DNA of 60,334 nucleotides from Deltaproteobacteria bacterium (lineage in GTDB: Bacteria; Desulfobacterota; Desulfomonilia; UBA1062): assembly GCA_029574005.1 (NCBI GenBank), contig JAKQBR010000308.1:1-60334 (forward strand). Reading direction: 5' to 3'. Position 1 is the stretch's first letter. Each line of letters begins with the position of its first letter. Positions 1-9,534 of this stretch are shown piece by piece. Position numbers and translations under genes: made by a program. The notes below the pieces were generated by a model that worked only from the letters and a program-made list of their open reading frames with translations, ran no database searches and was not told the DNA's origin.

Positions 1-137
1 CCGCAGCACTGTATATGCTCCGCCCACCTCCGCCTCCTATCCTCAACCCCTTCTCGTCTCTCTCCCATGGCAGTCTCCTTTCAAGATCCACCATGGCAAA
101 TCCTGACCACTCTGATTAGATGCGGTTTATTGGGCGC

Positions 138-1085
138 TTACCATTTCTTGAGTACCACGTCACATGCAACCATGAAGTTTTCAAAATCATAGGATAACCC
201 AACGGTATGCATCGTGGGGGTGTAGCTGGTATAGATCTGGCCGGTGAGCGGTATATTGAGTTGTTTCGCTAAATTGACATTGGCCACGATGGTCAGCGGC
301 TCGACGTCGACCTGGTTGTGATAGCGGAATGAATAGGCCAGCTTCAGCTTCTGCTCGAAGGGCGTTACGAGCAGACCGAAGGTCGGGGCATAATTGCCCG
401 TCACGGTCAAGCCACCCTGCAGCGGTATGGCCTTGTTGCTGGGATCGAGCGTGGTATTGAGCGCGTTCAAGGAACCCTCGCCCCCCACACCGATCGAAAC
501 GCCGCCGCCTGCATACACGAGCTTTTCCAGGACCTCAACCCCAAGTCCGAGATTGATGATCAGGTGATTGACGTAATCGCCATAGGATATGAAGTGCGGC
601 TGGTCGGGTGGGAAACAGCGGATCCGCCAGAGATTATTAAAGTTCTCCGTCAAGGCCAACAGGACCCCGAGGGTCATGTTGGGCAGCTTCACGTATTTGT
701 CGGTTATGCCGTTCAGGTTGGCGGAAAGGCCGATCACCGGAGACCAAAAGTTAAGTCCGTCACCGCCGGCTCCGTCGGTCGGGTCAGAGCGCTCCCTCCC
801 TTCAGGATCATAGACGATCAGATCGCCGCCGGTCACCAGGTTTTTCACCTCGATATTCGGCTTGACATAGAGAAACTCCACGCTCATCTGATTGCCTCTG
901 AGCTGGCCAAGGCCGGCGGGGTTATAGTAGGTTGCCGCATAGTCATCCGCCACCGCCGCGAAGGCCCCACCCATGGCCGTGGCGCGGGCGCCGACGCCGA
1001 AGGCATCGGTCCAGGCATGGGCGGGCAGGGCATAACCAATCGCCATAAGGACAACGAATACAAAAATAACGCTGAATCTTCTCAT
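138..1085 (-). CDS. Outer-membrane beta-barrel, OMPP1/FadL/TodX-like hydrophobic-compound channel (315 aa)
   Basis: Signal peptide ending ALPAHA. The N-terminal block GVGARATAMGGAFAAVADDYAATYYNPAGL is typical of the FadL/TodX family. Amphipathic beta-strand pattern and C-terminal aromatic residue (..LKKW). RBS GAGGGGG upstream. Shorter than classical FadL. Confidence 0.65.
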   Translation of the reverse strand: MRRFSVIFVFVVLMAIGYALPAHAWTDAFGVGARATAMGGAFAAVADDYAATYYNPAGLGQLRGNQMSVEFLYVKPNIEVKNLVTGGDLIVYDPEGRERSDPTDGAGGDGLNFWSPVIGLSANLNGITDKYVKLPNMTLGVLLALTENFNNLWRIRCFPPDQPHFISYGDYVNHLIINLGLGVEVLEKLVYAGGGVSIGVGGEGSLNALNTTLDPSNKAIPLQGGLTVTGNYAPTFGLLVTPFEQKLKLAYSFRYHNQVDVEPLTIVANVNLAKQLNIPLTGQIYTSYTPTMHTVGLSYDFENFMVACDVVLKKW

Positions 1086-1114
1086 GTTAATGAACCCCCT
1101 CAGAAGTTTGTTGA

Positions 1115-1147
1115 GAGTGCGGGGCTGAGATCGTCAGCCCCGCACTC
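1115..1147 (-). other. Perfect 14-bp intercistronic hairpin between the 1021-aa lipoprotein gene and the porin gene
   Basis: GAGTGCGGGGCTGA (1115-1128) pairs perfectly with TCAGCCCCGCACTC (1134-1147), with a 5-nt loop. No U-run follows on the minus strand, so it is more likely a processing/stability or attenuating stem than a full terminator. Confidence 0.5.
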
Positions 1148-1158
1148 ACGTGTTGTTG

Positions 1159-4100
1159 CTAACCCCAGCAGTTGACGACAACCTTCAAGGCATCGAAAAT
1201 CCCATCGAAGAGCCTCGTTCCAGGCTGGAACTCCTGGTTGTGGAAGAATGTGCTCATATCGTTCATGACCCCGCCGAACTCGATGGCCTGGCCGTTATGA
1301 TCCAGGTGGATGGTCTTGAAGACCATGAGCATGACCGGATCCTGGCCGTTATACGACAGGCACATGGACCGGATGAATTCCCACGAGAGCATGTCATCCA
1401 GGTCATCTCCGAAGATCTTCTCCAGCCAATGCAGGTCCAGAGGATTATACGTCTCGTCCGCGTCTATGAGCCGCCACAGCACATCGCCGTTATCGCCGGT
1501 CAGGTCGAACAGGAAGTTCGTCAGGGGCGCGGTGTCGTAGATGCCCGTATCGCCCATCACGTGATTCACGACATCCATCACCGGCGTGTTGTCGTCATAC
1601 TTAAGCGCGCCGGCGCTCGGGTTATAGGTTGCATCGTAGATGCCCATCACCTTATAGCCCAGGGCCTTGAGGTTGAAGATCAGCGGGTTCTCCTTGCCGT
1701 TCACGTCATCCACGAGGTAGTCAATGAACGGCTGGAGCTTGCTGTCGGCGCTCACATAGTCGTAGTCCACGGTGCTGGCATCGATGATCTCATCCAGTCC
1801 GGGCACGGCCGCGGCCAGGTCTGAGGTAATCAGCTCGGCCTTGTCGCAGACCGTCGCCGCCAGATCCGCTGCCGCCGCGCTCACCTCGGTGTGGACATCG
1901 GCCTGGTTCAAGGTGTTGTTCACCAGGTTCCATACCGCGGTGCGATTGCCTTTGAGGCCTGCGCCGAGTTTGGGCAGCACGCCGGTCTGAACCAGGGCGG
2001 CCACATCGTCGCTGTAGAAGATATCTTTCTGCTTGTCGGTCTGATCCGTCGCGGTCATAATCACATCCCCCAGCGTGGCGCAGACCTGTGCCAACGGTTC
2101 ATGGTTGGCGCTGATGAAGGTATACAGATTATCGATGAACCCATCATCCTCGAACAGATCGTCTATGAGCTCCTGGTTGGTCTTGTCGTCAGGATTGAAA
2201 TCATGCGAGGTCAGAAGGTCGCACAGGTGCCTGAGCAGGTTGCTGTCCTCATACGGGGTTGTATTGAGCTTGTAGAGCACGCGCACCAGCAGGTCCAGTG
2301 CCGGATCCGCGATATCGGCATCATGATTGTAGCGCTCGCCCGAGGCGCCCCGCATGAGGTAATAGATCAACCCGTAGCCATACGGGCCCTCTATGGTCTC
2401 GAAGGCCGTACCGGTGTTGGCCTGGCGCAGGGTGCCCTTGTTCAGCCATATGGACATGGGCATGTAGGAGCTCAATTCAACCTCGTTCATGGCGCCGATG
2501 ACATGGATAAGCTGCGAACCATAGTTTATATCGCCGTAATACTGGATCAGCGGACCGGCCAAGGACAGCATGCGGTGATAATGGCCGGAGGTGAATTTCT
2601 TGTTGTTGCTCCCGGTAAAGGTCACGAGAGAGTTCATGGACTCGGTCATGATGCCCATGACATAGTCGGTCAGGGCGAAATTGGTCACGAAGTTCAAGAG
2701 CCAACTCAGTCCAGGGGTTGGAAGACCCATATATCTTATATCCTCGTTGAACCACAACCAGTCCGTTCCCTGCAGCGGATCTGGATAGGGCCGGTATTCC
2801 GCGGCCGAATCGATTGTGTAGGAGCCATGGAAGGATTTCGGATAGGAGTAGCACGACTGGCCCCAGAGATTGACCACGAACTGCAGGATATCGCTGCGCG
2901 TGCTGATGACCGGGCCGCCCGCCTCGCCTTTCTCGCCATCCTCGATGTCGATCAGGGAGAGGATCGCCTCGGTCGGATCGCCGCTCAGGGTATCCGAGAG
3001 GATGCACATGACGTCGAAGATCAGCATGATGGTGCGCATCTCGCTGAATTTCACCGTGCCGGTTTCGGTGGGCTCAAAGTCCTGATTCATCTGGAACATG
3101 GCACGGTACAGCGCATAATCGATCTCGTTCAGGTCTGGGATTGTATTGGTATAGGGGTCGCGCATATTGTATATCCGGGAAAGCGCGCTCGTCGCCCCGT
3201 AGATATTGTCGGCCCCGTCCAGTCCGTCAATGGCGTTGAGCACCCTAAGCATGAAGGCGCTCAGTTTCCCGCGACCCTCAGGCTTGAGGACATCCCCCAG
3301 GCAGTAGAGCAGGCGCTCCATATCGCTCATCGAACGCGTATCCCAGGCATTGTGTCCGTCGGATGCCTTGTTTGTTTTCATGAGGTGCCCGAGCGCGTAC
3401 ATCATCTTGTCAAGATCCTCCTTGATCTTCGGGTCCTCATCATAGAGTTTGTGCAGCGCGCTGAAGGTATCGATATAGAGCGGCAGGTTGTCCATATCCT
3501 CCAGATCCATATCCGGCAGCATGTCTTTCACATCCCCTACGGTGACATCCAGTCCCCGCTGGTCGATCTTGGCATCCAGTGCGTCCCATGCGTCGCGGAT
3601 GGCCTTGTAGTCCGCATTGTCTTCATCCAGGAAACCATGCGCCGCGTTCACCATGGCGCTGAAGTTCTGTCTGGTGAGCTTGCTGGTATCGAAGCCCAGA
3701 TCATTGATGGTGATTCCGTTCACGGCGTCATCGACTATCTGCTTGTCGCAGGCCATGACATAGGCCATCATCGGGAATACATGGGCCGTGAGGATATCAG
3801 GACCGGCGGTTCTGACGGCACGCGTCATGATGTCGCCGACATTGTTTTCGACCATCATGTCAAGCATGGCCAGCCCCGGGCTGCCGGCGGCTTCCTCGGC
3901 CGCTGTTTTCGGCTTCGTGCTGTCCATCCAGTCAACAATATTATTGAGCACACGGACCAGATTGCTGTAGTCCTCTGCCGAGGCATCGCCCGCGCGCACG
4001 GCCGCGTTCATGTTGCTCATCATGTTGTCGACCATGTCGAACATATCCCGCGAACTCATTCCGCCCAAGACCTGATTGAGATACGCATATTGCGTATCCT

Positions 4101-4224
4101 CTCCCAACAGAGACTCGCTCGTCAGACTATCGAGGTCGGGCTCATCGCTCTTACTGGCACACCCTGACAGGCAGCAACTTATGGTGAAGATCGCCAGAAG
4201 CAGGTATCTCATTGCGGATTTCAT
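1159..4224 (-). CDS. Large acidic, Met/Asp-rich lipoprotein of unknown function (1021 aa)
   Basis: Long uninterrupted ORF. Lipobox LLLAIFTISCCLSGC at the N-terminus. AT-rich promoter-like region upstream (4225-4620). I recognise no domain motif. Confidence 0.7.
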   Translation of the reverse strand: MKSAMRYLLLAIFTISCCLSGCASKSDEPDLDSLTSESLLGEDTQYAYLNQVLGGMSSRDMFDMVDNMMSNMNAAVRAGDASAEDYSNLVRVLNNIVDWMDSTKPKTAAEEAAGSPGLAMLDMMVENNVGDIMTRAVRTAGPDILTAHVFPMMAYVMACDKQIVDDAVNGITINDLGFDTSKLTRQNFSAMVNAAHGFLDEDNADYKAIRDAWDALDAKIDQRGLDVTVGDVKDMLPDMDLEDMDNLPLYIDTFSALHKLYDEDPKIKEDLDKMMYALGHLMKTNKASDGHNAWDTRSMSDMERLLYCLGDVLKPEGRGKLSAFMLRVLNAIDGLDGADNIYGATSALSRIYNMRDPYTNTIPDLNEIDYALYRAMFQMNQDFEPTETGTVKFSEMRTIMLIFDVMCILSDTLSGDPTEAILSLIDIEDGEKGEAGGPVISTRSDILQFVVNLWGQSCYSYPKSFHGSYTIDSAAEYRPYPDPLQGTDWLWFNEDIRYMGLPTPGLSWLLNFVTNFALTDYVMGIMTESMNSLVTFTGSNNKKFTSGHYHRMLSLAGPLIQYYGDINYGSQLIHVIGAMNEVELSSYMPMSIWLNKGTLRQANTGTAFETIEGPYGYGLIYYLMRGASGERYNHDADIADPALDLLVRVLYKLNTTPYEDSNLLRHLCDLLTSHDFNPDDKTNQELIDDLFEDDGFIDNLYTFISANHEPLAQVCATLGDVIMTATDQTDKQKDIFYSDDVAALVQTGVLPKLGAGLKGNRTAVWNLVNNTLNQADVHTEVSAAAADLAATVCDKAELITSDLAAAVPGLDEIIDASTVDYDYVSADSKLQPFIDYLVDDVNGKENPLIFNLKALGYKVMGIYDATYNPSAGALKYDDNTPVMDVVNHVMGDTGIYDTAPLTNFLFDLTGDNGDVLWRLIDADETYNPLDLHWLEKIFGDDLDDMLSWEFIRSMCLSYNGQDPVMLMVFKTIHLDHNGQAIEFGGVMNDMSTFFHNQEFQPGTRLFDGIFDALKVVVNCWG

Positions 4225-4537
4225 CTTCAGCCTCCTAATCTCTGTTCATGTTAGTGGTCTATAATGTTATAAACCAATAGCAATAGATATGCCATATGAT
4301 GGATGTTTAAAGGCCATGCGCATGTAAACTATTCCTTCTGGTAAGTTTTTGATTAATGAGGTCATAATTAACGTTTCGTCATTGCAATGAGCAATATAAG
4401 CAGGCCGTCATATTGAGATAATATGCTGCATCGCACCATTCAAGCGCTTCAGTGCAACTTTTTTCCATGGCGTGGGTATTATTTTTCATCCTCTCACAAT
4501 ACTTTGTAGTAAGTAAATACGACATTGTGTCATCCCC

Positions 4538-4575
4538 GGCATCGGTTCATCCCATATCCGGGATGAACCGATGCC
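4538..4575 (-). terminator. 16-bp hairpin downstream of the 479-aa lipoprotein gene
   Basis: GGCATCGGTTCATCCC (4538-4553) pairs with GGGATGAACCGATGCC (4560-4575). It lies about 50 nt after the stop at 4624. The flanking T-run is weak. Confidence 0.4.
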
Positions 4576-4623
4576 TTTCTTGTATCATCCTTCAACCAAC
4601 CCCTGACAACGCCCCCGAACGGG

Positions 4624-6063
4624 TTAATTGCCCGGCAGGCCGACAAAATCCAGATGCACCGGCAAGACGCAGACCGCATCGGTAGGGAGGCTGAGGAGGA
4701 AGTTTTCGAATTCCTTTTCCTGCTGGATGGTCAGGCCTTCACCAGATACCGGCTCCAATTTGGGCACGACGGCTACTCCGGCTAGAACGGCGTCACCCCA
4801 GCCGTCTAATCGCTCCCCCGTGGCGCTGTGCTTGAGCCCCTTCGAAGTCTCGGTCGTGACATTGGTCACCACGGCCACGCCTGGGAAGGGTATCTCGAAG
4901 ACCACCGGGTTGAAGGTGGCGTCAAAGGCCAGGTCTATCTGTCCGGTTTCCAGATCGACCGATCCCCCCAGTGAATGGGTCTCGATCTCGATGCGCACAA
5001 AGCCCAGCCCCGGAACCTCGCTCAGGAAGCGTATCCAGCCGGGTATGAGATCGAGATTCGGGACATTGAACTCGCTGAATTCCACCAGGGCCTTCTTGCC
5101 GTCATCGCTCAGCGTGTACGTACCAATGCCGTAGGACCCAAAGCCGTCGTAGCCGAAGGTCGGGAAGGTGGATATGGAAAGTTCGGCATCTTTACCGACC
5201 TTCATGAACACGCCCATCTCGCCGGTCGCCGGGGTCGGGGAGCCGGGGAATCGCCCCTCTGGAAAATCCAGGTGTGCTTCCATCTCGGTCACCGCGTCGG
5301 TCGGCAGGGATAGAAGCGCGTTGACGAACTCGGCATCCAACGGTTTTTCAGCACTGACGGCCTTGGGTATCTGTGCCACGCCGGCCAAGCGCAGATCGCC
5401 GCGGGCATTGAGCACGCGGCCGGCATACTCTTTTTCCGGGGCGATCTTGGTCCTGGACACACCGGTGTAAAGATCGGTGACCACGGACATTTCTGGATAT
5501 TCATAGCCGAACACGCTGGGTACAAAACGCGCGTCAAAGGAAAGCCTGACCTCGCCTGTCTTGAAGTCGACATACCCGATGAGGTCCTTGGACTTGATAT
5601 CCACCTGGACCGGGATATCAGGCAGGACAGATACCATATGCAGGGGCGGCACCGATTCCGGGGTGATATTCTCTTCCGGGAAGAACAATTCGGCCTTGCC
5701 GTCGCCGATATAGGTCATGGTCCCTTTTACGCCAGGGCCACGATCATTGTAAGGAAAGGACAAGGGGATAAAACCGATGGGCTTCTCAAAATCCTTCCAG
5801 ATGGTAAGGGTGCTGTCCCGGGTTCCCCAGGCATCGCCATCATGGAAGATGTTGTAGCCGATGGTCAGCCTGACCGGCTTGGTCTGTCCGATGAGATCCC
5901 GGTCCTCCAGCGCGGCCTGTTGTTTGTCCTTCCCGGATAAAGCCGTATCGGCGTCGTCGGAACCCGACCCGTTGCAGCCCGCTGCAACCATCAGCGCCAT
6001 CGCGGCGATGATCAAAGCCAAAGAAAACGACAACCGCACCTCGGCGTCCTTCATAGCTCTCAT
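4624..6063 (-). CDS. Lipoprotein with an internal tandem domain duplication, unknown function (479 aa from the ATG at 6063)
   Basis: RBS GAGGAGG lies just before the ATG at 6063, so the track start at 6081 is probably too long. Lipobox ALMVAAGC. Two repeated ~155-aa modules each end in LLSLPTDAV....HLDF. Confidence 0.7.
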   Translation of the reverse strand: MRAMKDAEVRLSFSLALIIAAMALMVAAGCNGSGSDDADTALSGKDKQQAALEDRDLIGQTKPVRLTIGYNIFHDGDAWGTRDSTLTIWKDFEKPIGFIPLSFPYNDRGPGVKGTMTYIGDGKAELFFPEENITPESVPPLHMVSVLPDIPVQVDIKSKDLIGYVDFKTGEVRLSFDARFVPSVFGYEYPEMSVVTDLYTGVSRTKIAPEKEYAGRVLNARGDLRLAGVAQIPKAVSAEKPLDAEFVNALLSLPTDAVTEMEAHLDFPEGRFPGSPTPATGEMGVFMKVGKDAELSISTFPTFGYDGFGSYGIGTYTLSDDGKKALVEFSEFNVPNLDLIPGWIRFLSEVPGLGFVRIEIETHSLGGSVDLETGQIDLAFDATFNPVVFEIPFPGVAVVTNVTTETSKGLKHSATGERLDGWGDAVLAGVAVVPKLEPVSGEGLTIQQEKEFENFLLSLPTDAVCVLPVHLDFVGLPGN

Positions 6064-6118
6064 GATGTCAATCCTCCTCATTCGTATTCATCCGGGGATG
6101 CACGGCATCCCCAAGAGC

Positions 6119-6153
6119 AAAAAACGGGACACGGTAGCGTGTCCCGTTTTTTT
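6119..6153 (-). terminator. Rho-independent (bidirectional) terminator after the flavoenzyme/microprotein operon
   Basis: A-run, then ACGGGACAC/GTGTCCCGT 9-bp stem (6124-6132 / 6139-6147), then T-run. It sits 4 nt after the microprotein stop at 6157. Confidence 0.7.
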
Positions 6154-6156
6154 GTT

Positions 6157-6294
6157 CTATGTCAGGTACCGGAAAGGAATATAGGGCACCTGTTTGATCA
6201 GCAGCATGAAATAGCGGCGCCGTCTGGGCATCCGGATGATCTCAAAGGCCCAGTATCCCAGCAGACCCAATAACAGGTATTTTTTAATGTTCAT
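6157..6294 (-). CDS. Microprotein A (45 aa), single predicted TM helix plus conserved C-terminal VPYIPFRY motif
   Basis: Hand translation: MNIKKYLLLGLLGYWAFEIIRMPRRRRYFMLLIKQVPYIPFRYLT. RBS GGAAGGAG lies 7 nt upstream. It starts 15 nt after the stop of the upstream flavoenzyme gene. A paralogue is at 9535-9678. Not in the ORF track (<60 aa). Confidence 0.6.
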   Translation of the reverse strand: MNIKKYLLLGLLGYWAFEIIRMPRRRRYFMLLIKQVPYIPFRYLT

Positions 6295-6309
6295 GGCATA
6301 TCTCCTTCC

Positions 6310-7857
6310 TTAAAGGTGATCCTGCTTGATCAGATCGCTCGTGATCAGGGCCGAAGACATGACGGTTGGGATACCACCGGACATGTGCGTGGAAGCCCCC
6401 ACCAGGTAGAGATTCTTGATGGCCCATGAGCGCGAGCGCGGCCGCAAGGGCCCCAGTGTGGTCATATCAAAGTCCAGTCCATAAATGCATCCGCGCGGAG
6501 CCAGGAGCCGGCGTTCGAAATCGAGCGGCGTGGACACCTTGGCATAGACGATATGCTTCTTGATGCCGGGCGAGAATACGCGGTCAAAGAAATCAATGCC
6601 CTCGTCCAGATAGCGATTGCGCATATTGTCCCAGTTGGTCCCGATCGGCGCATAGGGCACCGGCGCATTGTAGACGAAGTTTACGATATGGTGCCCCTTG
6701 TGAGACGACAGCTCCGGGTCTGCGTCCGTTGGCCAGCAGGCCAGCGACAGGCCGTTGCCGCGCGGCATGCAGTCGGCTTTATAATCGTACCACACCTTGT
6801 TCACGCTCGCCAGATCGGCCGCCAGCATGGTGTGGTGGGCGTTCAGGGCCGGTTCGGTATCCATGGCAAGGTAGATCATGGGGCAGCCCATGGACGGTGT
6901 ATAGGAGTTTATGCCGACATTGATGTGCCAGGGCAGGTTGTCGCGACCCACGAGGTTCTTGTAGGTCGTGAGCGCGCTGATATTGGAAAGCACGATGGGT
7001 GCCGTGATCTCCGTGCCGTCGGCCAGGCGCACGCCTTTGGCCTCTTTGTTTTTGCTCAAGAGGATGCGATCCACCAGGGTATTGGTCCTGATCTCGGTGC
7101 CGAATTCCTTGGCCACGGCCGCCAGGCCGTTGGGGATGGCGATCATGCCGCCCCTGGGATAGTAGATGCCGTAGTGCTCGGTCAAGGCAATGAGCCCCAG
7201 GAAGCCGGGGCAGAGCTCGGGGGCGGCGCCGACGAAGTAGCTCTGGAACGCCATGGAGCCGAGCACGATCGGGTCCTTGAAGCTTTTGCTGATGACGGAT
7301 TCATGCGTGGAGGCCATGAGCGGCAGCATGGAGGAGGTGCCGGGATTCTTGAGGACCATCTTTATGCAATCGGTCAGGGTCTGCATGGAGGAGCCCAGGA
7401 CCGCCATCAGATTCTTGTCGATCATCTTTTTGCCGTCGGCGGCGAATTTCCGGAAGGTCTCGCCGTCTTGCGCGTTGATGCTGGAGATGACCTTGCAGGT
7501 CTCTTCCCAGTCCACCGGGTAGGCGAACTTCTGGCCCTTCTCGTTGACGAAGGCATAGATCGGATCGCAGGGGATCAGATCCATATAGTCCTCCACCTTG
7601 CGCCCGCAGCGTTTGAAGACCTCATACATGGGGTCCACGAGCTCCACGATGGAGGCGCCGACATCGAGTTTATACCCTTCGTCTTCATAGGTCGAGCAGC
7701 AACCGCCGATGATACTGGACTGTTCCAGGACCAACACCTTGAGCCCCTGTTTGGCAAGCATGGCTGACGTGGCAAGTCCACCGATACCGGCCCCGATAAC
7801 GATCATATCGTAGTCGTATTGATTGGTTCCGAATTTAACCTTGGGATTTCTGCCCAT
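6310..7857 (-). CDS. Phytoene-desaturase-superfamily (CrtI/CrtISO/RetSat-like) FAD oxidoreductase, paralogue 3 (515 aa)
   Basis: N-terminal Rossmann motif DMIVIGAGIGGL...VLE, then GGCCSTYEDEGYKLDVGASIVEL, GIYYPRGGM, and C-terminal LYLVGASTHMSGGIP. RBS AAGGAGAA. Confidence 0.85.
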   Translation of the reverse strand: MGRNPKVKFGTNQYDYDMIVIGAGIGGLATSAMLAKQGLKVLVLEQSSIIGGCCSTYEDEGYKLDVGASIVELVDPMYEVFKRCGRKVEDYMDLIPCDPIYAFVNEKGQKFAYPVDWEETCKVISSINAQDGETFRKFAADGKKMIDKNLMAVLGSSMQTLTDCIKMVLKNPGTSSMLPLMASTHESVISKSFKDPIVLGSMAFQSYFVGAAPELCPGFLGLIALTEHYGIYYPRGGMIAIPNGLAAVAKEFGTEIRTNTLVDRILLSKNKEAKGVRLADGTEITAPIVLSNISALTTYKNLVGRDNLPWHINVGINSYTPSMGCPMIYLAMDTEPALNAHHTMLAADLASVNKVWYDYKADCMPRGNGLSLACWPTDADPELSSHKGHHIVNFVYNAPVPYAPIGTNWDNMRNRYLDEGIDFFDRVFSPGIKKHIVYAKVSTPLDFERRLLAPRGCIYGLDFDMTTLGPLRPRSRSWAIKNLYLVGASTHMSGGIPTVMSSALITSDLIKQDHL

Positions 7858-8004
7858 ACAATTCTCCTTGCTTCATGTCTCCATGCCTTAAGCATGGGGG
7901 AGTCCCCGCTCCTCACCGCAAGAGGGGGACGGTGAGGCGACGGGGCATGGGGCCCGTTTCCGGCTCATGCCGGAAGGCAGGCCCCGGGGTACATTGGTTC
8001 TGCC

Positions 8005-9513
8005 TTAGAGCTTATAATCCTGCTGAATCATATCGCCGACACAGACACCCGAGGCCGTGGTGGGTGGCACGCCGCCGCCCAGATGCGTGGAGGCGCCGCA
8101 GAGATACAAACCCTTGTAGAGAGGCGATCGCATGCGCGGCCTGAACATGGCAGTCTTGGTGAGGTCGTTCATGAGGCCGTAGACCGCGCCCTGCGGATGC
8201 AGGAAGCGGCGCTCAAAGGTCTTGGGGTCGATCAGGCGCTTGACCGTGATATGCTTGCGCAGATCCAGATGGAACTTCTTCTCCATGGTGTCCAAGGTGG
8301 CTTCGAGATAGCGCTCTTTGTACTCTTCGTCGTCCCAGTCGCCGTCCGCCAGATGATAGGGTGCGAAGGTGACCAGATTGAGCGAATGGTGGCCCTTGGG
8401 CGCCATGGACGGATCGGCGTGCGACGGCCAGGAGATGAGCATGAAGCCGCCCAGCGGGAGCTTGTTGTTTTCGTAGTCGCGGAACCAGATGTTGTTCATC
8501 TCTTCCAGCGTTGTGTAGCAGAAGGTGTGGTGGCACGTGAGGTCCGGCTTGGCATCCAGACCCAGGCATACCATGGGGGCCGGTATGGAGTAGGGGTAGC
8601 TCTTGATCGCGATATTGGCCCAGATAGGCAGCTTGGCCTCGCCGATCATCTGCTCGTACACAACGCGGGCATTGACGTCCGAGACCACGATCTTGGAGCG
8701 AACCTCGGTGCCGTCGGCAAGCTTCACGCCGATGACCTTCTTGCCCTCGGTCAGGATCTTGTCGACTTTGGTCTTGAGCTGGAGCGTACCGCCGTCTTCC
8801 TTGAAGGCCTTGAGCATGCCGTTGGGGATCCCGATCATGCCGCCCTTGGGGTAAAAGATTCCCATGTGCTCGGAATAGGCCAGGTAGGCCACATATCCTG
8901 GGCACAGGGCCGGCGGCAGACCGAGGAAGTAGGACTGCAGGCTCATGGAGGCCCGCACCTTCTCGTTCTCGAAAGAGCTGGTGAGCACCTGCTCGAAGTT
9001 CTTGACCATGACCGGGGCCACCTTGGCCATCTTCGGATTCTCCAGGAAGATCTTGGTGGCGGCCGTGAAGGTCATCATGGGCTTGGTCATGACCTTGCCG
9101 AAGGCCTCTTCGATCGCCTCTGCGCCAACCTTGCAGAAGGCATCCCAGTTCCTCCCGTCGGCCGGATTGAACTTCTCGATCACCTTGCGGGTCTCTTCAG
9201 GAGAAACCGGGTAGGAGAACTTCTGCCCGTCTTCGGTCAGGAAGCCGTAAATGGGATCGATGGGCTGGAAGGGGATATAATCCAGCGTCTTGCGGCCAAT
9301 CTTCATGAAGAGCTCATCCATGACGAAATTGAGCTCCACGATGCTGGCGCCGGTATCAAAGGTATACCCATTCTCGGTATAGGAACTGCAGCAGCCGCCG
9401 ACATTGCCGGAGTTCTCGAATACGACGGTCTTGAGCCCGCGATGCTGGCAGAGCGCGGCGGCGCTCAAGCCACCCAGCCCTGCACCAATGACTATCACAT
9501 CATAATCTGTCAT
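8005..9513 (-). CDS. Phytoene-desaturase-superfamily (CrtI/CrtISO/RetSat-like) FAD oxidoreductase, paralogue 2 (502 aa)
   Basis: DVIVIGAGLGGL, GGCCSSYTENGYTFDTGASIVEL, GIFYPKGGM, LYLCGASTHLGGGVP. Colinear with its neighbours at 6310 and 9716. Confidence 0.85.
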   Translation of the reverse strand: MTDYDVIVIGAGLGGLSAAALCQHRGLKTVVFENSGNVGGCCSSYTENGYTFDTGASIVELNFVMDELFMKIGRKTLDYIPFQPIDPIYGFLTEDGQKFSYPVSPEETRKVIEKFNPADGRNWDAFCKVGAEAIEEAFGKVMTKPMMTFTAATKIFLENPKMAKVAPVMVKNFEQVLTSSFENEKVRASMSLQSYFLGLPPALCPGYVAYLAYSEHMGIFYPKGGMIGIPNGMLKAFKEDGGTLQLKTKVDKILTEGKKVIGVKLADGTEVRSKIVVSDVNARVVYEQMIGEAKLPIWANIAIKSYPYSIPAPMVCLGLDAKPDLTCHHTFCYTTLEEMNNIWFRDYENNKLPLGGFMLISWPSHADPSMAPKGHHSLNLVTFAPYHLADGDWDDEEYKERYLEATLDTMEKKFHLDLRKHITVKRLIDPKTFERRFLHPQGAVYGLMNDLTKTAMFRPRMRSPLYKGLYLCGASTHLGGGVPPTTASGVCVGDMIQQDYKL

Positions 9514-9534
9514 CTCACGATCCTCTTTTACGCC

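Noticed and set aside
1891-4167. Very long ORFs antisense to confident genes. Examples: 1891-4167 (+), 24476-25606 (-), 30043-31278 (-), 31643-34147 (-, 834 aa), 44967-46700 (-), 46851-48326 (-), 8083-9675 (+), 6553-7767 (+).
   Set aside because: Their products are Arg/Gly/Ala/His-rich, low-complexity and motif-less. They lie opposite genes with clear family signatures. These are typical GC-rich shadow frames.
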